From: Pseudovirgaria hyperparasitica
Taxonomy: Eukaryota
Reading direction: 5' to 3' (one strand)
DNA: 64,000 nucleotides
Assembly (NCBI GenBank): GCA_010093815.1
Contig: ML996565.1
The notes under the pieces were generated by a model. That model was not told the origin of the DNA. It worked only from the letters and a program-made list of their open reading frames with translations, and did no database searches. This document shows, one piece after another, positions 1 through 13,700 of the stretch (positions are counted from its first letter, which is position 1; the number at the start of each line of letters is the position of its first letter). A program made the position numbers and the translations under genes.

Positions 1-3000
1 AAGTTGGTTTGTGAGACCATACGGTGAATAATCAATCTTCTTATACACTGTGAACGGTACTAATTCATGAATAGTTGTGTTCGAGGAGCCTGATATTGAT
101 GTACATTCATCACAAGATGCTAGGGCTGCACATAGGCACGGAGATTGATCAAGCCGCTATCGAAAGGCTTTAAGAGATCTAGAATAGTGCCTAAATCGGA
201 CAGTATATAAGGAGTCATCTGTGCACTCCGTCATTCGTCTTACCGTAGTCTCATGATGCATCTATACACCCCTACGGCCATCAAGTTGCTGAGGCTCGAT
301 ACAGATATGCTTCGCGATCATGGAGGAAGAGTTACTGCTCTTGATACCTCATAGTCTGATCTCCGTCATTCTCTCATCTGTTTGGAACTAGGGCAAATTC
401 GTGCGAACCAGTAACTGTTCAATCGTTCTTTTCACCTGCACGAGCAACACGTGAGATCAAACAGCGTAAGATGTTGGACTGCCCAGTCTTGCAAGAACAC
501 TCGCTGTCGGTCTTCCAGGATATCTACAAACTCGGCTCTCACAGGATTCACATCCTGGCGGTCTTCCATCGAAGGTAATACGCGTGTAGAATTAGTACCG
601 ACGTATTTCAAAGGCTAGACTGTGCTGTCATCAGGCCAGATTACAGATTTGGCCGCGATCAAGGCACATTTTTCTTGGTTAGTACAGACGTATACTCGAC
701 AATACCAATTTTCAACACCAATGTCGTTCTACGAGCCTGAGATGTCTTAACATGCGAAACCACTCATCATCTCTACAACACGTATGTGCTGTCCATTGTC
801 GTTGTACTCCACGTATATCATTACACTTGGCTGGAGCTAGCCTATATCTCACTCTTCTCTTACGTGCAAGCGTGTGTATGCTTACGACGACATCGGACCG
901 ATCGTTGGACTCTGCATTAAATTTCCTGCCCGCAAATTCCTACCATCCCTTTAGCGCCAGCCCGATCGGAGACTCTACAGCAACTCCGCAATCAGAAGAC
1001 TATGATCAAACTCACGCATCATCCATGCCAGACTACTACATCAGCCTTACCTCAAGATGTTGAAAAAGGCAGTATTTTCCAATGAATGCATCTATCTGCC
1101 GCGTTGCCTGTTCCCGTCTGAGCGCACCACCGCAACGAGGCCTCCTCACTTCGCTCAAGTCTCACCGCTGACATCAAAGCTTTACTTCCTGCTCCGTACC
1201 AAATCGCAGCAGTTTGCTTCCTTGACAAAATATGTCGCCGCCCAGATGACCCGTCGGCACCCCGTCGGCAAGGCTTATTAGCATGCTCACCGGTTCCCGC
1301 CGTCTGCGGCTGAAAAGTGCAAATCTTATCAACGAAAGCCTCCTCTATACCGACGACCCCACCGGCGTGCGTGCGTTTTTTATTTTGCACGTACTGTAGA
1401 ACCCCCGGGGCCGCTCGGAGAAAAGAAGTCTTCTAAGCATGTTGGCATGGATTTTAGATGCGATAGCATGCAATGTCCTTTTCTGTTGTGTGTGTTGTGC
1501 GCACGGCAAAACTTGCCTCCGCAGGTCGACGGACAGACATTCATCCCGTCCTTTGTTCTATGTATGGATTGCCATCAAATGCGCCCTTTCTCTCGTATCG
1601 CGCTGCTCTATCGCATCTTTTTCCAACTGGGGTTCGCGTGTTCTTTCTTCCATACGCTCTCCGATGCCTTGTCTCACAATTACTTGGTTCGACGCCAGAA
1701 TTCTAGGGACGCCTTGCTTGACCTCTTCGCGATACTCATGATGGTCGTGGTGCACTGGACGCCCCTCAGAGGGCGTCGCTTGATGACCTTGTGACTTATG
1801 CCCCTGACTTGAGCATTGGGGAAGCTCACGACCAGAGCACGATATGGAGCAATTGACATGCTTTGGTTCGTCACACTTGGCTTGGTGTAATGATATGATG
1901 GGATCGCATGATGTTGCTCAAACTACGGTCGGTCTTCCGTGCCGGTCATGCGCACACACACACACATGAGTTTATTCGGGTGCGTTGCGCCAAATTCGCA
2001 GCTACGGTCCAAAAACATGAAGCCGTAGCCAATTCGTGCGCCAGCGACCCGCCGATCTGAGACCGTTCTAGTGGTGGTGGTAGTAGTGCTCGTGGAGGAA
2101 CAAGGGCTTGTTACGCTGGGTCAGGCAACGAACGAACGCCAAAGATGAACAGATGAACATGCAAGAGACACGTAGCATGTCACGATCCTGTCTCATCGGT
2201 CTGGACAGAGTGGAGATTGCGATTGATGATTGGGACGGGGGAATAGGGTTTGTGCGGCCGTTGCGGCGCGGAGAAGAGCCTATTGAAGCGTATACGTACG
2301 TACACATGTAACGCATGTGTTGCTTGATATTATCTAGATTGGTGCTGTAGGGGATGGTGATGGGACCATGGTACAGCCTTGCGCTTGTTGTCTTCTTTGT
2401 CGTTGTTCGTCGCCGAGGTGTTTGTTCACTTGCTGGAGGACTGATCGGTCAAGGTATCGCAATAGGCCATCCACATTGCATACGGGATATTCGATGGGTG
2501 TGACGGGATTGGGTCTTGTTGTGGAGCTTAGTGGATAAGATGTGGGGTTTTCCGCTCCCACCCGTCGTGCATGCATGACAACATGAATGTTCACATTCGA
2601 GGTGGTAGATGCAAGATGAAGCTCAAAGTCGTATCGTAGTGTTTGCCTCGTTGCCTTGTTGTCGCCTGCTCCAAACCCACTGCAGTTATTGCTTCGATAC
2701 TGTGGTATTATTGTTTGGCTTCTACTGTGACTACTGACCGTTGTATCTATATCGTACATTGTGTCTTGAACCCTAAGGTCTATGTACAGTCCATCTTCCA
2801 TATACTATATATCACGCCTCCAATCAAACATATCACCTACCCAATTCCGCTGATCCCAGTCCCCGCGTTTTCTCATATAATTAAGTATCCTTCCATTTTC
2901 CTTAAGGTGCAGATCCCCCAAGGCCTGCCACGCTTGTGTGGTCCATTCAGCCTGCCTCGTTTCGTAGCGTTATCTGGACAGATCATATACCTCTCTCGAA

Positions 3001-3210
3001 TCACAGGGCAACCGGTTTGGCAACCATTTGCCTTCTTCCTGCGCATCCTCCTCCTAGTTCCCTTGCATCTTTCTTTGTATCCGCTCTTCTCTTCTCCGCC
3101 TTGGCGTCTTGAGTCATTCCTCTGTGAGGATATCCAGGTTTCGAAGGCTAGTTTCATGCATGTATACACGTATCCTCCACCCGATGTCCGTCCATTCGGC
3201 CGTCCGTCCG

Positions 3211-3280
3211 TCCATGTTCACATATCCACGTTCACACATCCACGTTCACACATCCACGTTCCCACATCCACGTTCACACA
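3211..3280 (+). repeat. 14-bp tandem repeat (tccacgttcacaca) x5
   Basis: Directly visible: tccatgttcacata tccacgttcacaca tccacgttcacaca tccacgttcccaca tccacgttcacaca. Confidence 0.9.
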
Positions 3281-3639
3281 TCCAGACATCCAACCCTTAA
3301 CCCGAGGACCATCGCATAGCATCACTTCTCACTCCCGGAGATCCACACAACCAAGTCCAATCTTAAAACTAAACGTGTCAATTCGCAATACATCAACATA
3401 GACTACATACTACCCTGCATACATGCAGAGCAAGCCCATCTGGCAGCACATCTGCCCATCTTCCTCTTCGTCTTGTGTTGGTCTTGTGACGCAACTTTTC
3501 TTCTTGTTATCAAAACTCCCGCACATGTATGATGTGCTGTGACGTGCTGTGCTGTCTTCGTTGGTTGTGGGTGATTGGGGTGTAGAGGCTGTCCGGTGGA
3601 TGGGATAGGATATGATAGGGGGAATGAAAAGAAGGAAAG

Positions 3640-4105
3640 AAGGCAAGATGTGTTGTGGTGTAGTGTGGTGTAGTGTGGTGTATGATGTATGGATGTATGG
3701 ATTCATGTAGAGTGTATTGTATTGGACGCCTTATTCATTGGGTTTTATGTGGGTGTCAATACGAATGAACAGTATATATATACATGGCTCTCTGTTTTAG
3801 TCTTAGTCTCATTAAAATCCGTCTAGAAAGTGTGAAGGTTTAGAGGGGAGGGGGGGAGGAAAGGTTTGCATTGAGAAGAAGGATGCATGGTATGAGTTGT
3901 TGTTGGCTTGTAATTTTCTTTTTGTTTCTTTCATGGCTTGTTGAGACACTTGAGTCTTGAAGGAGTACTATTTGTGACATTGTAGAGCATGGTATATATC
4001 GCATTGACAGGAGATCAGATTGGTTGACTGGTTGATTGATTGATTGCATGATTGATCGATTAATTGCCTGACTTGAATACATACCTGCCTGTCTTGCCTG
4101 CCTGG
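3640..4105. repeat. Cluster of degenerate microsatellites ((gtggt/gtagt)n, (gatt)n, (cctg)n)
   Basis: Short tandem units near 3650-3680, 4020-4065 and 4084-4103 in non-coding low-complexity DNA. Confidence 0.7.
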
Positions 4106-7100
4106 TCGTATTCCCAATGTACCCCTTTCAACCGGTCTCGGTGCTCTCGGTACACTGGGCAGCATACGACAGACCCATGTAATGCCATGCCCAGCTACCC
4201 AGAAACAGTACATGGAATATGCATGCAGGCATAAACACTACAAGCATCGGAGCTACGTCAAAGCGTTCGGTCAACGGGACGGCCAGCTCTTCGCATGACA
4301 TCCCTGCATGCTCACCTTCTCCCTTGCCCTTGCCGGCCTTACCCTTACCTAGCTTCCCTTCCCAGCTAGCGCGCGTGTATATTGGTATATTATATGATAT
4401 CGATTGATATGGGTATATTATTTATTGACTTGTATAAGGTACTGGATGCTGTACATGGGATCTGTGTATGTGACATATAATGCATAGCACAGGGATGGAG
4501 CTTGCTAGGGAGAGTATGTGCTCTGTGTACTTCTTGTGTATATGTCTTAAGTGAAATTAGTTTCTATGCTATGCTAGGAACATCCGTGAATGGTACGGTG
4601 GTGAGGGTCAGTGAGATAAGACACGTTTCGATACGCACGGTCACATCCACATCCAACACCACGCGGTCCACGTTTACAACGTGTACACACCGCGTGTGAT
4701 GCACGAGTGTGCGCACGTGTGAGTAGCAAGGACTGGTTCTAGTGCGATAATGCAGCGTTGGTGTGGATAGATGTGTGTGGGTGAGTGAGGGGTACGCGGT
4801 AGCAACAAGCAGGCATGTGAATGGACGCCTAGGCCCGGCACCCTAGTCCAATATCAGACAACAACGACGGGATGCTCTAGCAACGACTCACAAGGCAGAC
4901 GGAAACACAGCCCTACGATAACCGGGGTGTGAGTAATTAGACGGAGCAGTTCGATCGGTAGATAGGTGTCTCACTGTCGGCACTACGCAAGCGAGCAATA
5001 CAAGGGGGTGTGAGGGATTCTACGCGCCACTACTAAGCTTTGATGACCTCGACGCATGGTGAGCACTGAGAGGACGGGACGGGACATGTATGAAATGTGA
5101 GACAGTGCATGGATAGCTAGACTGGGGTCCGAGAAACGGCATTCCTGACTTCGAGAATGTCTGCGGGGTGGTTCTGGAAGGAAGGCATGAGAGAGTGTAT
5201 TGTGTTTGAAGGGGTCATGAATGTGGTGATGGTGCACTGGTGGGTGGTGCTTAGATGATGATGGATGCAGCATGGGGGATGACTGCTCGACCATGGATGG
5301 ATCCATAGACGTGGGGACGTCTGACGGCTTTCGCCTAAACAGATCAGGACCTCCGAGACGGCTCGGTGTGCCTTTTCGAGTAATAAGCAGATATCAACAT
5401 TTTCTGCTGTTGTCACTGTTGTAACGACTGTGGGGGCCAAAAATGAACCTTATCCCTCTGAATGCTCGGTCGACTTTGCGAGGATAAATAGAGCAAGGCA
5501 TGTTGATTTTTGTTCAGACCCTGCCCAAAAGACGAAGAGAAAATGCAAATATAGAGGAGCTTTTAAAACTGGACCCCGTGCCGTGGTCATCGACCATGTG
5601 GCGTCCACGGTTCGGCAAGCTGGAAAAGCAAGTATATCTCAAATCACTGTCGCGGACATAAGCGTGTTAGCACCGCGAGTCTCCGATCTTTGAGTAGAGA
5701 CAGTAATGGACTCGGTGTTGTAATCATATGATGCAAGGTCCAAAATGCTCATACTCCCTGTGTTATGTGGGCGGCCTCTCGGATCCTCGATGTTGGACCG
5801 CTCGTGTGTCCGTTTCAGCCATTGAAAAAGAATATTCGTATGACCTTGTCCTCTGTTTTGCTATGTCGTGCTGGTTGAGTGCATAGTTTGGAGTGGCTGG
5901 TATTCTCATTACAGGCTTTGTATCGGTGTGAGTATGAACGAGCGGCGTTGTAGTTCTGTCCAGAGGGGCGCAAAGATCAGGGTCTTTTGATCTAATATTT
6001 TGTGATCCACAAGCTCTTCCAATCTGTTTACTCGCGATATGTCATCGAAGGTTGAATACTTTTACCTGACTGCGACCGTAGAGTCAAGAATCTTGTGTAG
6101 ATGTAGGAGAGTTTTCAGGGGTGGTCAACGGACAAGATAACTTTTGTCAACCTGTAGAGAGGACAACGATTCGTGTCCTATCATAGAACGCTGTTAAAAG
6201 GCTATGCTTACCATATGGTCTCTGCGCTCCAATGATGGTGATCCTCAGAGGTCGAAATATGTGGCCTTGATGAGAGCGTGCATGCGACAGATGATAATGT
6301 TCCAGTCATCAATCCAGGAATTCTAGATCGAAAATTTTGAAGTGTGCTCTTGTTCTCGAGAGCACTGCCTAGCCACAGACTGGGAGGCCTTCGTAGTGAC
6401 CTTGCGGTCTGCCGATTTCAGGTAGTATTAGGGGCCCGAGTCGTTCAATATCAGATAGATGGCGGTGTGTCGACCCACATAAGGGCCTTGACCTGGTTAA
6501 TGTTAAGCAAATATGTACACAACACTGCAGTGCGAGGGAAACAATGTCGTGCTCTAATGGACGAGGACATGCCCAAGTGAGGATGGTCATTGCTGAAAAA
6601 CAGTGTCGCATCCATAGCCTTTCAGTTGGCCACTGATGTTTGCTAGGGAATGCACTGGAACGCCCCTTGTCACCACAGTTCCATATTTGTGGAGGTGCTG
6701 TGATCCAAAGAGCTTTTGGATAGTGTTGCAGTCCGACAGCCTACATCCAGTATGTTCGCGCAATCTTGACAGAACACACAGATGAAGCTCGAGTACTCGT
6801 CAGCCAACCTTGTCTCGAACGAAGATCGTGGCCTTGAACATGTCCCTTTCGCCACATGCTGGAGTTCTGACTATCCGCCATATGGCCTGACGAATATGCC
6901 ATGTTCAGCTGAAGCCGCGTACTCCCAGACTCACGCCTCACAAGGACGCGCAATCTACAGCAATATGTCCATGGTCTTCGAGTAGTTTTGCGACGTGCAT
7001 GGTGTGAAGAGTTGCTCCACATCAGCGAGTTTCGTAGTTCGTGAACGTCTGATTGGTCGAGGGGGAATTGCTGAGGGTGGCGGTGCAAGGTGGCCAACAT

Positions 7101-8266
7101 GGAAGCTTCTCTAATTGCGGTTTGCCGCCTGCACATACCAACGGATATCGCGATGCGTCAGTATCTCCTCGCGAGCCCGATTTCGGTGGTTGTCGACGAA
7201 TGCGCTGCCGTAATATCTTGCCTATGCTGTATCGAACCCCGATTCCATGTGTTGACTTTTACGGGAGGCAGTAAGTCGAAGCATCGCTGATAATGTCGAT
7301 CGCCATCGAATCACGTTATCGCCACCTTCAATATGTGAAATGAGGCTTTGACGCGACTGAGCCTTGAAACTTGCAGGACATGTTCAAAAACTCGTCGTTC
7401 GACGCACGGGAACGACGATCTCGAGGCGCGAATGGTGTGATGGTGCAATGATAGGCGCTCAGAAGTTCACAATCCTTGTGAGCTTTGATCCTGTGGCCCG
7501 CATCACGCATATCGTAAAGCTTCGCTTTGTTGTTCGATCGTGTGAATGGTAAGATCTATGTTTGCCTCCGTCCAAGAGCCCTTCGTCAATGCATGCTGTC
7601 CCGATGGCAATCCATAGTTGACAATTTGTTGCCCTATCGGATGGCTACGAAAGTGTAATTGTGAGTTGATCGAACGAAGCGGGTTGTGGAAAGAAGTGTC
7701 AGCCTAGCAAAGTTTGACGTGAGGTCTCACCCTGTTGTATTGACCGTTATGCTATTACTTTTCGACACATCAAATGGCCATGGACAGTAAAGATGTGCAC
7801 GGAACGTGTGATTGGTTCTGGTTGATATGCGATATCCGCCACAAAATGACCTGCTTGTCTTCCCTGTACTCTATACAGACAGCAGTAATGTTCCCGATCA
7901 ATGCCATTGAAAAGGAGTTGAGCCAGCATGATATGACAAGACAGCATCCAGATACAAGTCAAGACCTGCTGGTAACAGTGACCCGATATGTGATTCCATG
8001 TGCAGCCGCTGTGGTCCAGTCATAAAACCCTTTTCTTCCTGCTTTTGCGTCGTTTCGTCATCTTAATTGGCCATGTCAAAGTGACATCAGCTCAGCCATA
8101 TGAAGTGGCGGCTGAAAGATGGATTTAGTGTATACTACACCTGGGAAACCGTCTTGACCGCTATCTGTTTTAGTAGAGAGTAGACTGGGTTGTGTACCGA
8201 CAGATTACTGGTCTCACGGTGGATTAATGATCCTGAACCGGTTGGCTCAAGGTTTACAAGCGGTGT

Positions 8267-8440
8267 TTTCCGGCACACTGGAAAGTGAGTCTTGCCGTTC
8301 AGCCAACTCTTGATGCATCAGTCGTAATATGTAAGATTCCTCGTTAGCCTTAATTTGGCAAGACATGGTGTTGGTTTCGATTGGCGCTGAGAATGCTTTG
8401 CTTGATGTTCTGATATGCTGAACGAAGATTCGCTGCACAT
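8267..8440 (-). pseudogene. Degenerate RING-finger C-terminal fragment
   Basis: Minus strand 8317-8270 translates CIKSWLNGKTHFPVCR. This matches the RING-H2 tail CIxxWL...CPxCR with one Cys changed to Phe, and it is preceded by an in-frame TGA (8320-8318). Confidence 0.35.
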
Positions 8441-9715
8441 TAAGGTTGACAGTTTACTCGACATATGACTGAAGCTGACGAGAAATGAGAGTCTCATTTT
8501 ACGGTCAATGACAGAGAGGAAAGGGTATTTGGGCTGAAGTTACAAGTGAACCAAGGCACTGGTGATGTATGACAGAACAGCGTTGAGCTCCTCACCTACC
8601 ATTTTTACCGCATGGAAGTGCACTTCTTGCCAGACTCGATCTCCGACTTCCAATGCTATGGATACTGGATGGTGATTTGGAGAGCTGGCGGGGTAGACCA
8701 TGCTGGCGGCCTTGCATTACGACTCGGGCAGCGCCAGGTAAGCGTCCTGAAAGTCATCAGGCTGCGTTGTCGGTACTGGATTATTGAATAGGACTCGATC
8801 AAGAGATGCATGAGCACGAAATGCTGGCTGATAGTGGAGCCCCTGTGTTCCAAGGTCATGGTCTATTCGCAACAGGCTTTGAGGTGAGGTGACAGTGCCA
8901 GAGCGAGCAGTACAGCGACACGTACCTCTCCTACCTGCAGCACTGCAAGTGCAGGCTGAGAAGTGCTCGTTTGGACTGGGACAGACATACGGGAATCTAT
9001 TCTCAGATAAATGACCAGTGGACGGATTGAAAGGATGACAACGCGGTCGAGCGTATTGTCTGGGACATTGGAACAGGGCAGATGCGTCCACTGTCGCCGA
9101 CCTCTTCGGTGAAAGGTAGTGCAACGCCTCACGTCTAAGCAGAGCCGGCCACACACAAATAACAGCCGCCTTCTAGCAGTATGATTGAGGCATAGACTAA
9201 GCCGACAGTGTGAGTAAGAGAGCAGGCGGCTGGCTGAGGCAAAAACGAATGGAGAGCGTGTCTGATATATGGCCGCACAAGCAGGCTCTTGTGGCATTGA
9301 AGACAGTACTGCGTGCCATGTAGCTGTAAGATATCACGCCCGTTGAAGTGGTGATGCAGGCGTCGGCGAGGTTTCGGAAGTGAATTGATGATATGCGGGA
9401 ATACAGCCTAGATTTCGTATGTATATGCGGCGATGGGCGAATGAAAGCACGGTGCACGAGATCCTGACCGGTATCTGTGTGTACGGCGTATCTACCTGAC
9501 GTCGATACTGTATACCCGGAGTAGAAGGATATAAAACCAGCAGGTGTCCGGTCAATGACGAATGGACGAGTGACGAAAAGAATGGCATGGAGATTATTGA
9601 TTTTGGTGGGTGTTGTGGCGTGGCTGGGAATGTACACAGAGGTTGTGTCGGAGGAATGTGCTGTCTGTGTCTGTGCCTTTAATGGCACATGGCCAGCTGC
9701 AGGCCCCCCCAGAAG

Positions 9716-9814
9716 GCAGCTAAGAGCGGCTAAAAGACCGCTAAAAGGCAGCTAGAAGCCGTCAGCCCAGAATTAGCCAGGGTTAGCCGGGTAGGGGGCC
9801 GGCTAATACCTGGC
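9716..9814. promoter_or_regulatory. Phased GCTAA/TTAGC motif array plus inverted repeat upstream of the Est1-like gene
   Basis: GCTA at 9719, 9729, 9740, 9751 (10-11 bp spacing); TTAGCC at 9773 and 9783; CGGCTAA at 9800; inverted repeat 9776-9814. Confidence 0.4.
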
Positions 9815-10708
9815 AGGCTTGGGGGCCACTTGCCCCCCGTATCAGAAGAGTCCGGGCCTGCTTGCGCTTGCGGAACAGGCAGCAACAGTGCCCGTGGTGG
9901 CTGCATGACAGGCTCATCGCAGAAAGTATCCATCACGTATCAGATTCCCGCCAAATCGTGAGCTATTTCTGTTCCACCTGTAGGCGGCCTCTCCAGTACT
10001 GCTCCTGCTCCGCATAGTAACTAACCATAGTCAGCACCAAATTGCCCATGATTGTATAGAACTAGTTTGAAGTACCGGTCAAACTGGTGCGCGCACCACA
10101 TATCTCTTGCGAGTGTTGCCTTGTTTGCATATTTCTACTTTTATAACCTTTCACTCAGCGCCCTCAGCAAGGCCCGTGTCATCCATCGTTGACCTTGCGC
10201 TTTCGAGACACTGGTGGCGCTTTGATTTTGCTGTTGTTCCTATATTATTCTTGTTGTGCCTGTTTGTCGTCACCTGCCAATCACCCCACTCCGGAGCCTC
10301 ATACATGTCGTCCGCTACCTCTCAACACCTAATATATATCCGGCGTGGTGAGTTCATTGCGGCAGTCTTCACTTACTTTCATTTCTTGGTCTCGCCACGC
10401 GTCATAGCCTGAGACGCTCTCCTACTGGCCTTGCTGCAGCCTTGTGAAACCCCGCCCTGCTCACAATTCATTCACACGTCTGCGCTAGGTCTCGCCCAGA
10501 TTCTTGAACCATTTTCCACTTGTTCTCTCTCACCGGGCTCTCTTTCATGCCACAGACTTGACTGACCATGGTAATATAGCTTCTTCACGGCTTCTTCAAG
10601 ACTCGCTTCACGCCCTGCTACACCTTTGACCTGTCTTCCGAAGCCTGTGCATGCGTTCTCCAGCAGCTCAATAACACATCAGCGTTGCCGATTGCTTTGA
10701 TTACTGCT

Positions 10709-13700
10709 ATGGCCCAACCTGTTGAAGGTCCGCTCATCGGCAATCGCAGAGCTCGACCAAAGCCTGAAAATGTCGCTACCTATGACCTCTACGCTTGTCC
10801 CTACTGTACCGACCAGACATTCCTTAAGGATGACGCTCTCTGGGACCATGTGCAAAGCCGACACTCGCAACAGCTGATCAATCTGAACGTGAACTCGCAC
10901 ACGTCTACAGCACTCTATCGGAGGCTGATATGCGAGGAAGCAGCGCACAAAGCGTGAGTGTGACTTTTACCAGCCATGTGACTTTGTACTAATTCACCGC
11001 TCAGCAAGACTTTGACCGGTCAACAACAACTGGGGCCTGGAAAAGGGCCGAGGAAAGCCGGTCCATTCGCGATTACTGACGAGGCCACTCATTCTGAGCT
11101 TCAGTTAAGACATTTGACTTTGGAAGGCTCACATGATGACCTAATGCAAGATGGGCGTTTAAAGAAGGCCACCTCACGAAAACGGCACCCCCCACCCGCG
11201 GACGAGATACATCAGTCAAAGGATGCCAGAAGAACCTCAAGATCTGGATCCGGGAATCTGGATTTCCGGGCTGACCCATTGAGTAATCATCCAGCTTCAG
11301 GCGCAAGGCTACCCGGAAGTGCTTCGTATGAGCCTCATGAGGCATCATTATCTGATCAACCCTACAAGTCCTATAAATCACTGAAACCCCATTTATCCTC
11401 ACTAGAGTCTAGAAGTCCGGGAAACCCAGATTCTCGTCAGCCCAGTCCATCTCTTGAGTGTTTCAAGACATCGGATCCATCTTTACCAGCAGCAGAAGAT
11501 ATCGACACTACCACAATCGCAAAAAGTGAACCTGGTGACCTAGAGTTTTCTGCTGATGACTGGCAACCCAAACTACTCTTGCAGCCAGACTCTAGACCTA
11601 TCTCACAATCGCAACTTGCGGCCGAGGTGAAGAGCATATACGCCGGTCTTGTAATGGTCGAAAACAAATGCATTAGCGTTGATAAGGCCCAAGCGGCTGC
11701 CGTCCAAGAGAAGGACAGAACACAGCTGGCGCCTCTCTCTGATAAGCACTGGCAAGCTCTCATTGCACTACATCGCACACTGCTCCATGAGCATCACGAC
11801 TTCTTCCTTGCCTCCCAGCATCCATCAGCAACCCCAGCTCTTCAGCGGCTTGCTCTCAAGTATTCCATGCCCGCTCGAATGTGGAAGCACGCTATACACT
11901 CGTTCCTCGAGCTGCTCCGCAAACGTCTTCCTGAAAGCCTTGAATACATGCTATGCTTCATCTGCCTCGCATACCACATGGTTGCACTATTGTACGAGAC
12001 AGTACCTATTTTTAGCGATACATGGAGGGAATGCCTTGGAGACATCTCTAGGTATCGTATGGCCGTTGAAGACGAAGATATGCGTGACCGTGAGGTATGG
12101 GCTGGCATGGGTCGTTCATGGTATGGCGAAGCCGCGGACGAGAACCCTACCGTTGGTCGCTTATATCATCACTTGGCCATTCTCGCCCGTCCATATGCCC
12201 TACAGCAGCTGTTTTTCTATTCCCGCTCTCTTGCATGCATACAGCCTTTTACGGGTACCCGAGATTCAATCATGACATTACTCGATCCCGTAATTGGCAC
12301 GACGCGTACAACTTACGCGCATGCAGCCGACATTGACATAATATATATCAAGGCTCATGGTATGCTGATTACCAGAGAATGTCTTGAGACATTTGATGCT
12401 ACTACTGATGATTATCTCCGCCAGTTGGACCCTTATATTGGTCGGGTCTCTGCAAAATGGGCAGATCAAGGCATATACGTCGCTGTAATAAACATCTCCA
12501 GTCTTTTTAGCCACGGAGAAGAAGGTGCAGTCCTTCGTAAGTATTTTGACATCAAATTTAAAAGAGAAATCGAGGCTCTCACCCGACCGCAAGGCGGCCC
12601 AAACGATGATAACGTTAGAGTTATCACGCCACCGCCAGAGGAAGATACCGCAGACGTCCTTGCTCGTCAGCTTGACCTTGTTGCGCAACCGACTTTCGCT
12701 TATGCTTTACGCATCACGTTCTCTACTTTCAGATTGACTCTTCAACGCATTGGAGATAAGAATGTCTTTCCGCATATCCATTGTTTGCTTGTCTTTCTAA
12801 CTAGGGTTTCTTCCCTTAATTACGACTGCTCGGCCATCTTCGAGCATGTGCCGTGGGAAGCCCTTGCCCATTTCCTAAACACGCTCGCGAAGACTGATAA
12901 TATAGAATTGCCTGTAGAACGACTCGACTTTCCGCAACAAGATGCTGCTGACAAGCGACCTCTTCCGGAAGATTATCTTATTAGGGGCCAAATATGGAGC
13001 CTTGATTACTTCCCGGACACTTGGTTTGAGACTCCTGTTGACGAGGATGAGCGACACCTTGAGCTTGCCTCAACGCATAGATCAAGAATTGAGCGCATCC
13101 TCTGGCTTGGTATGCGTCTGGTAACTGTAAAGTGTACGCTGTCCGTTTGCGAAGTATCTACTAAGCATTTCCAGGAGAACGGTGCGCTTCATTTTGACCA
13201 CAATAAGCACGCATGGGCTGCTAATGGAGCTGTCCCCCCAAAGCACGACTTCACGAGGTCGGAGCCCGTTCAACTCGGCAGAAACGAAGAATTGATTGGG
13301 TCTCCGAATGTTTCAGCTGACCTAGTTATGACTGGGGATGTATCGACCACTACTCTCACGGATATTTATGATCCACTCCTCGAGTCCACTAAGATGAGCA
13401 GCCAAACCAGTAACATGCCGACTATCAAGAAGGTCATCGTTCGTAATTATACAGTACGTTCGCCATGAATAGAGCTCGTTACCTGGATCTAACTCATATA
13501 TCAACGCAGGTCATTATTTGCGAGACAGACATGCTCCTTTCCCAAACCGATGTCTTTGTCCTGCTATTAAGTAATGGAGACTGGCGCGTGCTCATCCCAG
13601 AAGACGGTACTGTACCCTTAATCAGATAGATCGTAGTACTGAGAACTTCTAGTCATTGCTAACTTGCATGCTTATGCTCATGCGATGGAAAACGACACAC

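Noticed and set aside
3211..3280. CRISPR-like array
   Set aside because: Contiguous tandem units without spacers; eukaryotic context
2643..3401. 252-aa ORF
   Set aside because: No ATG start, runs through promoter-like low-complexity DNA and the 14-bp repeat, and has no domain features
1..10700. Telomerase RNA gene next to the Est1-like gene
   Set aside because: No 1.5-repeat TAACCCTAA-type template found by eye; Est1-family membership does not imply linkage
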